A DNA stretch of 61,594 nucleotides, counting the filler, from Asterionella formosa (Eukaryota), in the NCBI GenBank assembly GCA_002256025.1. It is 4 parts of 4 records of this genome, joined end to end, with 100 filler letters (N's around TTAATTAATTAA, not from the genome) between each part and the next. Parts side by side here need not be neighbours in the genome. Positions count along the whole stretch, not along the records: positions 1 to 15,345 come from NKIB01005490.1; positions 15,446 to 30,777 come from NKIB01005494.1; 2 more parts are not named here. One strand, 5' to 3'. Made by a program: the position numbers and the translations under genes. Below are positions 13,690-26,679 of the stretch, piece after piece; position 1 is the stretch's first letter; every line of letters begins with the position of its first letter. The notes beneath the pieces are model-generated. The model worked only from the letters and a program-made list of their open reading frames with translations. It had not been told where the DNA came from and made no database searches.

Positions 13690-14009
13690 CATCAGCGTAG
13701 ATTCAATATAATGTATAAACACGAACCATGAGCATTCATGTTGGCATCCTCCTGATTTATATATGTGTTTTGGCATTGAGCAAAATCATGTCTACAAAGA
13801 GTAATGTAGATATTGTATTAACGTTTAAAAATCATTTTTGTTTGCTTGAAATGGAACTCTGTCAATCTGGCGCCGATTCCTATTTAATTCAAATATTCAA
13901 ATGGACACTCAAATCATGGGAATTCATGGTAGGAAACTCCCTGTTCCACGCCGTTTTTACAACCCTAGCGATAATTTCTCCAAACTAGGGTTAAGCCGGG
14001 GCCGCAACC
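13690..14009. mobile_element. Isolated terminal fragment of Kolobok-like family B
   Basis: About 320 bp homologous to 42280-42605. Ends CTAGGGTTAAGCCGGGGCCGCAACC followed by TAAA (degenerate TTAA). Confidence 0.75.
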
Positions 14010-14536
14010 TAAAGAGAAAGGACCAATTGCTTGTATTCCCCTCTAAGTAAAATCAGTCGTGGCTGTGTACATTTGCTCACCTCCAGGGTTAACAGACACC
14101 AGGTTTTGCAGCACCTGGTAATTACCTGTATCTGCGGTCGTTGCTATTTTTGGTTGCAATCAAATTCTTGGGAACTCCTTTTGGCATTCATAATCATACC
14201 GGTACATGTTAAAAAATGATTGTATACTGGTATATTTTTTCAGATGTGAGTAACGCAAGTTATACACAGGTATTAATATTGCTTTCTGTCTTTCTCGGCA
14301 ACCACTTGAAAATGTAATGATTTACCGTAGTATACTTCATTGTCCTGGACCCCCCTGAGGTTGCTGGACCCCCCTGTACATTTTTTTCATGATGGCACCA
14401 AACACCCAATAATTTTCTAGACATACTAGACAAAGTAACGTGTTATAATTCTGATTTTTGTGGCGGAAATTGAATGACGCTACCATTATAAACTACCAGT
14501 AATATCGGTACTACCAATGCATACTACATATTAATC

Positions 14537-14947
14537 ATGTCAACAACAAGATCAGCAACAATCAACAGCCGCCGAGATGGGGAGTTGCTTGGACTGAATG
14601 CTTCCAGCAATGGGCGCTCATGTGAGCAACATGAATGCTGCGGGAAAGCGGTTAAGGCTGATGATGTGATCAGGTTCAAGCTGGCTGTTGTGGAGGATGT
14701 ATTGGGCAAGCCATTGGAGATGATCAAGGCTGTCCTCATCAAGGATGGCACGGAACTTTGCACTGTTGGGTTTCTGGGCAGAGAAGTTGCAGCATTGCCT
14801 TCACAACGGAGCAAGTACATCGACAAGTTTGCGCAGGTGCTAGAACTGTATGATGACAATGAAAATTCTATGATGAGAAAGAAGAGCAAGAGGAATGCCG
14901 GAATGGCTTCATTCCGCTTGATGGAGGATATTCAAAGCCAGGAGTAG
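14537..14947 (+). CDS. 136-aa transposon-associated protein, Cys/His motif plus possible HIRAN-like fold
   Basis: Intact GC-rich ORF in AT-rich surroundings, with GRSCEQHECCG, CTVGFLGREVA and FAQVLELY. Confidence 0.65.
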   Translation: MSTTRSATINSRRDGELLGLNASSNGRSCEQHECCGKAVKADDVIRFKLAVVEDVLGKPLEMIKAVLIKDGTELCTVGFLGREVAALPSQRSKYIDKFAQVLELYDDNENSMMRKKSKRNAGMASFRLMEDIQSQE

Positions 14948-15261
14948 ATTCGATTGTAGCAGTCCTCAATAACGATGTAGAAATGCATTCTATACTATTT
15001 ATTATAATATTGTAGAACAGTCAGTAAATAGACTCCAGAGTCATTTCCTTTAGCATTTATAGTGATTCATGTCAACTGTAGTTCTAGCTACTAGCTTCAA
15101 CACGAAAAATCAAATCGTAAATTACGACTTACTAAGCTGTTTAACATTAACGCTATTGAATTGCTTCTACAAATCAATAATATAACAATAGAGCATGCTT
15201 AAACAGACTATAAATTTATATTTCTAGTCACATGCTACACTTTTTGAATAAAATAGAGTCA

Positions 15262-15345
15262 TCAATCGCTTGCAATGTAACCAACCGCATTCCAAGTGTT
15301 CAAAATTGTTGATTGTGACACCCTCAGCCAAGCTGTCCAAACCCA
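15262..15345 (-). CDS. C-terminal 27 aa of a pogo/Tc5-type (DDE_1) transposase
   Basis: Translates WVWTAWLRVSQSTILNTWNAVGYIASD*, matching the WV..AW..(I/V)....I.N.W...G tail of DDE_1 transposases. Confidence 0.6.
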   Translation of the reverse strand, partial: WVWTAWLRVSQSTILNTWNAVGYIASD

Positions 15346-15445
15346 NNNNNNNNNNNNNNNNNNNNNNNNNNNNNNNNNNNNNNNNNNNNTTAATTAATTA
15401 ANNNNNNNNNNNNNNNNNNNNNNNNNNNNNNNNNNNNNNNNNNNN
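15346..15445. other. Artificial contig linker (N44-TTAATTAATTAA-N44)
   Basis: Six-frame-stop spacer embedded in Ns. Confidence 0.97.
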
Positions 15446-15539
15446 ATGATGGGCAAGTAAGTTTCAATGATTTTAACAGTCATGAAGAAGGACTGTGCAC
15501 ATCAATATGATTCTATATATCTGTAGTACACACTGATTG

Positions 15540-15790
15540 TGCTGACAAGTCAGACCTAGATAATAGGCACATATAAAGCAGTGAAACAACCATAGTCAAA
15601 GTGGGTGTCACCAAGGCGGATGGCAATGGTTCCAAGACCCATGACCAGAGTGTGAGCATTGGTCGTGGCAACACGGACAGCCAGAGCAATTACTAGTGAG
15701 GGGAGTGTTGGTCACAAGAAAGTAAGAGCGGAGAGGAAACATGTCAATGGATGCGCCTGAGTCCGAGCAGAGGCGGTTGGCAAGGGCAGA
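15540..15790 (-). pseudogene. Ty1/Copia aspartic-protease relic
   Basis: Minus strand reads LCSDSGASIDMF, then frameshifted VMGLGTIAIRLG and TALYVP..LVS, with stop codons. Confidence 0.6.
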
Positions 15791-17659
15791 AACATGACAG
15801 AGAGTACCCTGACAGCAAGCAGGGGACAAGGGCGGCGGAGCACCAACATGGCGGGCAGAGCCAAGCAAGCAAGGCTGGAAATGGATCATCACTATCGAGG
15901 CAAGAGAAAGCTTCATCCGGACAGTCGTCCATAACAAAGTCCGAGAGGGGAGAAGCAGAGGTAGAGTGGACCTGGTGCTGTGTGCGACGGGCGGAAGCAT
16001 GGGGAACAGGTGGGGATGTGCTGGTGGGATCTGGTGGTGCAGCAGGGAGAGCCGCAACAGACGCATAGGAAGGGGCTGCACAGGTGGGGGGGGGGGGGGG
16101 GGGGCCCGGGGCCGGGGGGGGAAGCGTCACAGACAAGCCGGCCAGAGCCCAGGACACCACCAGGGGGGGGGGGTGCAGTGGGATGGGGGTTGCTGACGGA
16201 AAGGGGATGTTTCGGGGTGATGGTGTAGCGAGAGGTGACAACAAGAGAACAGGCCGCTAAATCGTGGTGGTTGCAACAGTGCACTGGACATGGAATGGGC
16301 ATGTGCATGATTAAACCTGGTGGTACCTATCCAACAAGAAGAAGAGGAAACCGGAGTGGTAGTGTCAGAGGAGGGGAGGGAAGATTTCAGACCAGGGTGA
16401 GCCATTTTGATGTATGGTCAAAGCCACGTCTGCAAATAGAAACCATCATATTTCCATGATGCATCATAGGATTATGATCATCTGATCATAATTATTCGTT
16501 ATATCATCTAATAATTGTGATAAATGCCCTCGTAATTTAAATAGTAGTAACCCTTTTGACTATGGAAATTTAATTATTATATGTATTGTTTCTTTTAGGT
16601 TCCTTTATTTAAATTTCTTGGTAGGAGAATGTACCAGTCGTGAAAGTAATGTGGTTTGGCTCATCATCCTCTCCAGTCCTCGCTCTGATTCTTGCAACAA
16701 CGACAAAGCAGCCATGTCGAGAGGAACGAGATTATGTGATAAAATCTTCATTTGTTGTTCAAGTCATCATATGTCTTCGATGAATCATCATATACAACTA
16801 AGAAATTTGTATCTGTTTTTTTGCAAGCTGAATATTGGTAGAGAATCATGCTCAATGTTAAGATGGAATGCGGCATTTAATTCTCAGTATATAGCATCAA
16901 ACCCAATTGCATACTATGAATTATTGAACAATAACCAAGCCAAATTAAGTTTCCGCTCATAATGCATCACTGTGCCTTTCAATTGGTATAGATATGGCCT
17001 GCCCTGCGCTGGCAGCATAACGCCTATACTGGTGGTTAAATTTTTAACAGCTGTCCACAAGTGTACCATAGTACGCTTGTAGTACTCTTCATGTAAAATA
17101 AAATTCTGGGGGTGCCTGGAAGGTCCGTTACTAGCGCATGTCTTAAGTGCACCTTTTCAGTTTCCACTCACTCACAATGATTTTGTCCCATCATGCCTGC
17201 TGGACGAGATAGGCCAGCTTTCTATGGAAATAATATTCCTTAAGTAATTTAGGAAAACATTACTCTTATTGACCAATGACGATTTTCTGAACATGACTTG
17301 GATTTGAAGACTGATGAACCATTTCAGCAAACTGACTTCTAGCTTCAGAATACAAACACTAGGAATCATGATCTCTTTCTATGTTTAGAACTTGCTGAAA
17401 ATGACTAAAATTTGCCAACAATGATTAGAACTTACTGACAACAATTAGAGTTTGCTGACTATGACTAGAACTTGCAAATAGAATACCCTGCTTGGTAATA
17501 TTGAGATTTTCCTTTATGACAACATTATTACATAAAATACTGCCTGACTTCCATGTAATTTACAAGTAGACCATCATTTTTCCATTCTTGTTCTGGTGTA
17601 TAAATAATATGGGGTCAATTTTTCACTTTGTCATACCTGTGTTATTGGTGACATATTTT

Positions 17660-17925
17660 TTGCAAATGTCTTGGACCAGCATTGTGGAGCTTGTACTGTA
17701 CATAGTCTTCACAAGCTTCCAAGCATGTGTATTGCTGGAATCAACTCCAATCAATCCTTAAGGGGGCTCAATATAACTGTCCTTGTTGAAATCAGCATTT
17801 AGGAATGCTGCTTCCACACCAACAGCCTCCGCTTGCCAACCATTTTACATCGTTACAGTGAGTACCATTTTGATTGTTGCATCACTTGCAACAGGAGCAA
17901 ATGTCTCAGTAAAATCAACACCCTA
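17660..17925 (-). pseudogene. Ty1/Copia reverse-transcriptase (RVT_2) relic
   Basis: Minus strand reads GVDFTETFAPVASDATIKMVL..*..GVEAAFLNADFNKDSYIEPP*G...KLVKTMY..VQAPQCW. Confidence 0.8.
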
Positions 17926-18539
17926 GATTTCACCAAGCTCACATCATTTGAGCTGAAGAAAAAACTGAGATAAGTTAACAGGTCGGAAAACTTTTGAGCA
18001 TCAACTTCATGACAACGTGGTGAACCGGGGTGTAGCTGGAAATAAAATACAGTAATATCTAGATGCTTGTCCAGAGCATGTTCAGCACGATCTTAAAGCC
18101 ATCATGCATGGGAACGATGGGGTGGAGTACGGTACCTGGTACAGTTTGTACGCTGCTACCGGTTGCAGCAAATCGTGCTGAAACTTTTAAGTTGGCCGCA
18201 AGTTGCAGGTAGAACCTTGTACCTGCTATGTCGTGGAATTAAAAAAACTACACAGGTTTTTCCCGGCCGAGAAATCAGCATGCAAGGCACGCTCAGGTTG
18301 CACACCACGTACGCACCGGGTACATATCCGGGAAGCACGTACCGGTAGTACCATTGTACCGTACAATACATAGAAGGTACCAGGCACTGTTACCTGGTAG
18401 TCACAAAGCATTAATAATTTTATCATAAAGCAAAAAAAATTTACAATAACAAGGAAAGAGCGAGAACGTCGTCACATCGTCGCGATTTCCATACTATAGT
18501 CACTATAGAAACAATTGAACGATATCAACATATTTTACA

Positions 18540-19774
18540 ATGGTGGCGTCTGAATCTACTGCTCTGGTTGGCAATGAAGTGATAGGAACAAACTCCGTGG
18601 CTCGTAAAGCCTTCGAAGGACAAGACGCTGAAGCGTCAAGGTAAGAGTTTTTTTGGTCGTCTCGTTGTCGCTGACTCATCTCCGTAGTATCTTGCAACTT
18701 GTTGAATAAAACGAAAAGGACACCACTGGGATGGTATTTTCAGGATTTCTGTCTCGCTGCTGTGGAAAGTTTAGTTGAGCACAGAATGATGTATATCAAA
18801 TTTTCCATTTTTTTTAAGCCGACAAGTTTTTTGCCCACTCCTTCGTTCTTGTCAGACAATACCATGAGCAACGTGATATAAGTGAAGAACATCACCAAGA
18901 ATCAGGTGGCTTACTCAAGCCCATGATTTTCGGTGGCCTCGATGGGATTCTCACGTCCTTTGCGATCGTTGCTGGAGCAGCCGGTGGCAATTTATCAACC
19001 AACGTGGTACTGATCCTAGGATTCAGCAACATCTTCGCTGATGCTCTTGCAATGGGCGTTGGCGAGTTTCTATCTTCCAAGGCGGAAAACGAGTGGATTC
19101 TGAGCGAGCGCAAACGAGAGGAATGGGAATTCGAAAACTTTCCCGATGGAGAAATCAAGGAAATGGTGGAGATTTATGAAGAGCGAGGAATGAGCCATGA
19201 CGATGCTGCACTTGTCATCCATACCATGGCTAAATACAAAGATTTCTTCGTAGATGTCATGATGACACAGGAGCTACAACTGCAGGTACCTGATGTTAAT
19301 CATGTGAAAGAAAGCTTTCGTGAAGGTTCGTGTGCTTGAATCACTTGATTTAACGAGTTCGCTGTTGCTGCTTTGATTGCGTTGGGTATCGCAGCTGACC
19401 AGTTGAAAATCCTTCTTCGCTAGGTGTGGTCATGTTTTGCTCGTTTGCTTTCTTTGGGGCTTTGCCTCTCTTAGGATATGTGTTTTTCCCGCTAGCGTTT
19501 CCTCAGATGAGTGAAACTGAACTCTTCCTCTGCGCATGTTGTGTGACCGGATGTGTCCTCTTTCTGCTAGGGTCCATCAAGAGCGCATTTAGGTATGTCA
19601 AAGACCATTTGGTTGTGTGTGAAACCATTTCTAAAATACAATCTCACCCTCTAGTGTGTTTCTCTCAGTTCATCGCACTGGCTTATTTCTGGAATGGAAA
19701 CTTTATTCCTTGGAGGAGCTTGTGCGTCAGTTGCCTTCACAATTGGTCAACTAATGGAACAATACGCATCTTAA
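18540..19774 (+). CDS. VIT1: Vacuolar iron transporter VIT1/CCC1 family (exons 18540-18640, 18856-19325, 19424-19592, 19669-19774)
   Basis: IFGGLDGILTSFAIVAG and FADALAMGVGEFLS, an acidic metal-binding insert, and three in-phase GT-AG introns. Confidence 0.9.
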
Positions 19775-22700
19775 ATTGAATTTGATTATAGAACCCGAAA
19801 TGAGAACTTCAAGTCCAGCATAGTAGTCAGTAGGATTGACTCCACATTTGTACAAAAACACACCACTGCATCATTTTGACAATGATGATCCATTGCAGTG
19901 GGGTGATTGATTGCGAATTTGAAACTTGCTTCTTTTCAGAGTAGAGGATATTGAATGTACAAGTCAAATATGTGGGCTCCACTTTTCTGTAGTAAACTCA
20001 CTTTGTTAGCCGAAGAATGGCGAGCATATCATGCAGCCAGCTTTAAATTTGTCCAAACTTGCAAACAACAAGGGAAAAGTAACATGATCTGTTTTGCCAC
20101 ATGACTTGACGCAAATTTTATTCTGTAACACTCATTAAGACGCAATTTTACTTTTCCTATTTCTTACATGGTACGCTGACAACAGTTCCCTGTGTAGAGG
20201 ATTCCATTGACAGTATGGCTATAGTTGGGCAAAAACTCAGAACATAGATTTCAAATTAGATGTTTTCTCATCGGTCCGTTGCCCTATTTTCAGTTCCAGG
20301 AAAATGACTGCCACTTGCAGATACATGATTTCCTTGTCATTGCAACCTAATATTTCAGCATATGTAGCGGAGGTATGATAATGATATATTCTGCCCATCA
20401 GAGTATTTGGTGATACTACCAGGTTGGTTGAGAGAGACTATGTATTCACAATAAGTTGAAGAAACAACTGAACGAAATAGTTGATGAAGTATCAGCACCC
20501 TGTTCAGTAAAGGTGGCAGGACATACAATCACTGATAGTTGAGCGAGACACAGAATAACAAGGATCATAGCCTGGTGGAAAAGACTAGTAGTGCCCAGCT
20601 CTTTGCAAATCATGCAATTAATTGCAGGCGGGGCTTATTGAACAACAGCAACAATAGCTTGATGTGATTTCTGGCCTACAAGTCATAAAGGTGATTGGTT
20701 GAAATTTTGGAGAGCCTTGCTGAAACTTCAGTCATGCCTCACAAATCATATGTGCTGTCCTGTGATCAGCTGATTCTGGATCGGCAACAAGCACAGCTGT
20801 AGCCCAGCAGTTAGAAAAATGTAAATGCAATATTCGGATACAAGTTCATTGAAATGATTGACGCCGCTAAAACTTTCTCAAATAAGAGATGTTGCCATTT
20901 TCCCACGAAGTGCAAGTGCTAAGAATACAATGATGGCAAAATCATTTATTTCTTATGAGCTAGCTCAAATTGACACTGAGAAAACTCATAGAAAATTACA
21001 TAGATTAGATGAATTGCTTAATTCTTGTGAATATTCTCTTCTTCTATTTTGTTAAATTGAGAATCCCTTGTCATGCGCTTTCTAAGACCACGAAGTTGCA
21101 TTGTAATGCGCTTTCTAAGACCACGAAGTTACATGGTGTGACTTTCATAGCACAGCCTGCTGACATTGTGCTTCCCTAGTTATGTTTGTAGCGTAGGTGA
21201 GTCCCCAATCATCTTTTGTCAACGTTGATCGTCTTAGCCACAGAGTTAGGGGAAACTCGTCCAACCACATAGACTTCAGATCAAAGGAAACATGCTCAAC
21301 CAGCTAAGCAAGCTATTCCCCTTCTTCTATATGCATCATTGCTATATACTAAATGAAAGGCGTTGCCTTTTCCGTAGCTGTTTCTTATCATAGTTAGTAA
21401 GTGCAGACTCTAATATCTACATTACTAGTATAGATATCAGCAACAGCACAGCATGGAGCTAGATTGGTTGCTTTGGTCTTGTTGTTTACTTTTTTCCAAG
21501 AGATAATTGTTCAAGTCAAGGCCTTTGTGTGAATGCTGCAATATTGTTGGTGCAAATGGGGCATAATTTTGTATAATGCTTTGCGCAAGCAAGTATTGCT
21601 GTCCTGGAAATTCTTATGTCCCCTTGTTATTATCATGTAGCAGCAGTAATTATATGATAGACTGTGCTGTTTGCTATGTTCATCGATTGGAAGTATCCAA
21701 ACTTAGAAAACTGGTGAGAATTCGGAACATTTCCTCCTTGGCATGATGTGCAGGCGTACTGAATAATTGTTTAGATCAGGGGAAACATGTGCTCCCTAAT
21801 GGACCCTGTTTTCTGGGTTCAGAAACCGTCGAAATTTTCCTATGAATAGGCAAACACATTCTAGCTAAAATGCGTAAATCATCATGGAAACAGGAATTAT
21901 AGCGAGTTGAACCATTAAAATACAGAGGGGTAGTTTAAGTGTTAGATGGTCATGTGATGGCAGGGGCGAAGAAGGCAGCATCAAGCATTTTTTAGCTGAG
22001 CGGTCATGTGCTGAAACAGACAAAGTGTGACAGGATAGGCTCTATAGTTCATCATAGACAGTAGAGTTACTCTATGAAATGATATGTTTTATGACTTAGT
22101 GATGTATCCTTTAAACTTTTTTAATTCTTCTTAATGTGAAACTGTCAAAATGTGGGGAAATGGCTTAAAAAGCTAATGACAATGACCAGGAAGCAAAGTA
22201 AAAAAGGAACCAAAAGTAAGCAAATTTTGCTTCCTTTGCTTTATATTCTCTAAACTCAAAATCATTTTTCTTTCCCAGCCAAAGTAATGAAAACAACCAA
22301 TAATGAATCAATCTAAAGGAGTTAGAATTTGCATATGCATGTACCAGCCAGCTTCATGATACATACAAACCCCAGTATTGGATATAACTATTATACACAG
22401 CCATGTATGGTTGGATTCATGCTCAGGGTGCCCAAGGTAGCACTCATAGGTACTAGTTTATACATATTAGCCTTGTTTATGCAATCCTTTTGTCTATATA
22501 AATCAGTTCAATTTATTCATTATGAGTGACTGGAGAATGCTGTATCATGTTATCTTAGCCTTGACCATGACCAAATAACAATGATCTCCATAAAAACGAG
22601 AATGACACTTTGCCATTTGGTACAAACAAGGTGACCCCATGAAAAAGAATGCATTAGGAGCATCTATGTGGGCGGAGTACTGGAATTTGACTTAATGCCA

Positions 22701-23429
22701 GTTACCACCAAGCAAAGGCGGACCCTAAAACCGTCACGACAACAATTTTTTGCAGCAAATTACGGAAATTTCAGCCAACCAAAAATAGAAATCTCATACG
22801 CAACTGGGAGGAATAAATTGATTTCTTTCATGTGTTTCAATACTATGTTTTTTCACTTATGTGGTACCTGGTACCAAGTAGGTGGTACCTGGAGGTCACT
22901 CATCTTTTTTACCGGTAACTGGCACTGGTACCAGGTAGTGGCATATTGTTAGACAGCAGAGGTAGAGCGAGCGTCGTGGTGATGACGGAGCCAAGAAAGA
23001 GAATTCTGTGAAAATACGGGCACGTGCGGAGCCCTATTTATGGATATTTTTAGTCAACACATGCAATTAGATACCGTACGGACAACAGGTAATGAAAAAT
23101 GTCGACATAGCTACTACACAAGACATACCGGTGTACAGGTAACTGCCGCTGGACAATTCAGACTACCGGTAGTAGTTTACATAGATAAATGAATTACATA
23201 TACCGGTATATGTAATAACATATGATAAAGGCGAGCAGCCTTTTCCCAACTCTCCTGATTGGCGTCGCATTACCTGGTACCGGTATGTTTGATGATATCA
23301 CGGACTACCAGGTCCTGGGTATTAGCAGGTATACTGGAAGGAGCGATAATTTCCTCTGTTGACGTTTTCTTTGTCGCCCGTCCATAAAGTAAACCCGTCC
23401 ATAAAGTAAACCCTTCCATTGAGCACTCG

Positions 23430-23966
23430 ATGATGTATCCAATAATTGCTCGGAATCCCCGACCTCAGGACGCCATTCCAATTATGGGACCACGAAGGCA
23501 ACCGACAATGCCTACATTTTCAACATGGACAGTACCGGTAATCGCGCCAGCTGCTCCTTCATGTGGACCCAATGAAGCGTTTGCCTTTCACGAGGAGTTG
23601 GTGAATCCACAGCAAAAGCGATGCCGAAATGGGGGACGCAACTCGTTTGAACAATATCAAGAGCAACATCATCAGCCGGTAGTCCATCCATTTCAGCAAT
23701 CCATACAAGAGATACCGTCCGAAGATGAAGTGTCGCAATCATCTGTCGGCAAAAGATCAAGGCCCAACAATTACAGAGCTCCTCGAGAGGTCAAGAGTTC
23801 TCTTGTTTCTGTTATGGGAAGCTTGGTAGGTGGAGGCGCTTGTCAATCAAATATACAAGTAAGGCTTCGGCGAGAATTATCTGCGAGTCATTTGGATCAA
23901 TTCATGAGTTCGGATGCAATGGACGAAGACATTCCGGAACATCGTGAACGAAGTATGAGTTTTTGA
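23430..23966 (+). CDS. Hypothetical low-complexity protein (178 aa)
   Basis: ATG-initiated ORF with coding-like composition, RLRRELS and RERSMSF. No recognised domain. Confidence 0.55.
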   Translation: MMYPIIARNPRPQDAIPIMGPRRQPTMPTFSTWTVPVIAPAAPSCGPNEAFAFHEELVNPQQKRCRNGGRNSFEQYQEQHHQPVVHPFQQSIQEIPSEDEVSQSSVGKRSRPNNYRAPREVKSSLVSVMGSLVGGGACQSNIQVRLRRELSASHLDQFMSSDAMDEDIPEHRERSMSF

Positions 23967-24160
23967 ACTCTCTTCATCGACAAAATTGCTAGTGGTCGTG
24001 GAACCCTGTCTTTTCTAGTTTTACGTTAACGAACTGAAATGTTTTCAATGCATTGAATATGTAAAATTAATTTATAAATTGACTCCTATATAATCCACGT
24101 GAAGAAACTGAGCAAATGATGGTCCTTCCGTTGTTGCAAGAACTAGTCGCAACCAAGTGC

Positions 24161-25956
24161 TTACGAATAGCGCTTGGTGAAATCTTCGTGGTGCTTTCGA
24201 ATCTCGTCCACTGACCTTGCCATTTCTTCCTCGGACGGTAAGAAGGTGGTTCGGAATCCATGCCGCCCTTCCTCTTGTCCAAATCCACAAGCCGGTACGA
24301 CACAAATTCCTGTCGCTTCCAGCAATGAAATAGCATAGAGAGTATCTGGAGACAAGCCTTCTTTCGCAGCTGCATGAATGGCTCCTTTCGGAAGTTCCAC
24401 AGATGGAAAGCAGTACATGGCACCTTGGCTAGGTTGACACGAAAAGCCCGGAATGCCATTCAGTCCGTCACCGACAATCTTAGATCGTCGCTTGAGTGAA
24501 TCATATACAGCCGCTTTTTCAGCTTCGTGGCTTTCGTAGGACTCATCTCCTGGTTTCGGTCCACGTGCCATGAGACTTGTCATGATTTGACCAGCAATTG
24601 TGGAGCATAGATGAACTGAAGCTAATTTGTAGATTTGCTCCTTGACTTTGGAATCAATTCCAACCATCTCCATGTATCCACCTCGACGACCACACTCACC
24701 AAAGAGTCCCTTGCTAGTGGAATGAAATGAAACTAGTTCCAAAGCATCTTTCTGAAGTAAGCCCATGTCATGCGCGGCACGCTTGCAACTAACGAATTCT
24801 CCGTCATAGACATTGTCTTGATAGACTTCGTCAGCAAGCAAGACGAGGTTATGCTTGGAGCAAAACTTGACAATGTCTTGGACAGCCTTGCGAGATAGTA
24901 CTTGGCCAGTGGGGTTACCTGGGTTGATCAGGACAAACGAGTTGACTTTAATGCCATTCCCTCTTGCTTCTAGGAGCGAACGTTCTAATTCTTGAACGTT
25001 GAGGTCCCAATTATGGCTTTCGTCTAGATAATACCCGACCTTTTGACCTCCCAGGAGGTCAATAGTCGCAGAATAGATTGGGTACTGTGGAATGGGAATC
25101 ATAACACCACTATAATTCGCGTAAAAATGAAAGTGGAAGGGTTGGTTTCAGGGAGACGAAACAAGCAGCGTCACAAACGAAGGCAAGTGATCTCTCATAC
25201 CATTTTGAATCAGCAATCAATGCCGTTAACACCATTTCAATTGCCGCCGATGCTCCGTTCGTAATGAACAAATCATCAGGGTTGCATGCAATTCCACCAT
25301 CGCGCTCCTCGATAAACTCGGCAATATCGTTACGAAAGCACTTGACGCCTTGTGAGTGAGAGTATGCACCTGTACCTCCACCTCCGAGACCCTTTTTAAT
25401 TTCCCTGGCACGCCGAATAGCGTCGGCGGGAAACATCTTTGCAACATCAGGATGGTCTATCCCGACCTCCTCAGGCAGATCAGCTAACGCGAGTACTTGT
25501 CGGGGCCATGTCAAGGGCTTTTGACCAACTGAATGTGGGTTTCCAATGTTTGTATAGACAATGTGATCAAAGGGATACTTCTCCCCCCTGGTGAGTGCAT
25601 CCGCGATGTGGTCAGCAGCAATGACGACTTGTCCGCGAACAGCGTATTCCATGCCTCGGAGCTTTTGACACATGGCGTCAATGGTAAGACGCTTGTTTCC
25701 AGTTGCAGGATCTGCTTTATCAATTACACTGATCGCTGGTTTGACATCTGTTTGAAGCGAGCAGAGCTAGAGTAATTAGCTTGGGAGGGATGACTTTTGT
25801 GCATTCGCATCTCTCACAAAATGCGAACAGTATCGGAAGTCCAACTTCTCACTTACGAGTTTGAAGAGCTTCAGTGACAATATACTTTGAAAACACTCGT
25901 TGCCAGCGGCCTAAGGCCACCAAACCGAGGAGAAACGTGTTGCTTCTGATAATCAT
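24161..25956 (-). CDS. ALT: Alanine aminotransferase (class I PLP), 3 exons, probable mitochondrial presequence
   Basis: EYAVRG, NIGNP, GAYSHSQG, INPGNPTGQ, LADEVYQ and SFHSTSKG...GECGRRGGY. Introns at about 25856-25780 and 25200-25110. Confidence 0.93.
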
Positions 25957-26454
25957 GTTTAATAAGTCAATATGGTTTAAATGAGGAAAAATAGTTTTAA
26001 TGAGAAGAGTTACTGGTACCGATATATCGATCGATTCGTTGTCAACGACCCGAATAAATAGAAAAAGGGGCGCTCAAGTGTACCAAGTTGATGTTTGTTG
26101 CCAGTATAGACTACTCCGGTTATTTGTGACGGAACGAGCGATGCGTCGAGTCACCACAGTCGATTTGAACCAGTGAGCATGATGCATGAGAGAAGCAGTA
26201 CATATTCTACCCAAACAATTTTGTAGAAATGATTGATGCTTCGCTTATTTAGGTGGAGCTGATGCACAGGTATACTAATTACCGGTATGTTGAAACTGTG
26301 ATATATCATATGTAGGGTTCTCGTCGTGTGAAGCAACGTCATCGACCTTGTGATACATTGGTATACCGCTGTATATGTAGGAACTGGGATTCCGTACCAG
26401 GTACCGGTAATGTAGACTACAAAGAATGGGATATACGTATGCTGGAGGTACGCA

Positions 26455-26679
26455 CCTGCGCAAGTTGCTCTAATTTTGTTCAACTAAAGCTTTAGCTGTC
26501 TTTATCCAAGATTAAATCGTTGATCTAAGCAAAATGACCGCAACTTGCCTGGAGGTATATAAGTGTAGTGCCGGTACCTGGTACCAGGTACCAGAGCAAG
26601 TTGCGGTCATTTTGTTTATAGAAACAATTCAATATCGGATAAAGTAAGCTAAAGTTTTAGTTTGGCACAATTGCACAGG
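26455..26679. mobile_element. Fold-back MITE-like element with CCTG...CAGG ends
   Basis: Perfect 19-bp inverted repeat (26530-26548 / 26596-26614) extended by imperfect arms (26481-26548 / 26596-26664). Right end is CAGG|TA. Confidence 0.6.

Larger units (their letters stand above)
14325..15345. mobile_element. One end of a pogo/Tc2-like (Tc1/mariner superfamily) DNA transposon, truncated by the assembly gap
   Basis: TA|CCGTAGTATACT terminus, doubled subterminal CTGGACCCCCC, and a DDE_1-type transposase C-terminus on the minus strand at the gap. Confidence 0.6.

Noticed and set aside
15390..15401. TTAATTAATTAA palindrome as a transposon target
   Set aside because: It is an artificial six-frame-stop linker inside N runs, identical at all three gaps.
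15913..16308. Pro-rich ORFs over poly-G runs
   Set aside because: Low-complexity artefacts within a decayed Copia gag-pol region; homopolymer lengths are unreliable.
19900..22600. ORF-poor stretch that looks like a decayed retroelement, with a 33-bp tandem duplication at 21073-21138
   Set aside because: No diagnostic motif could be read with confidence.
23377..23413. 17-bp tandem duplication just upstream of ORF 23430
   Set aside because: A single local duplication with no further support for function.
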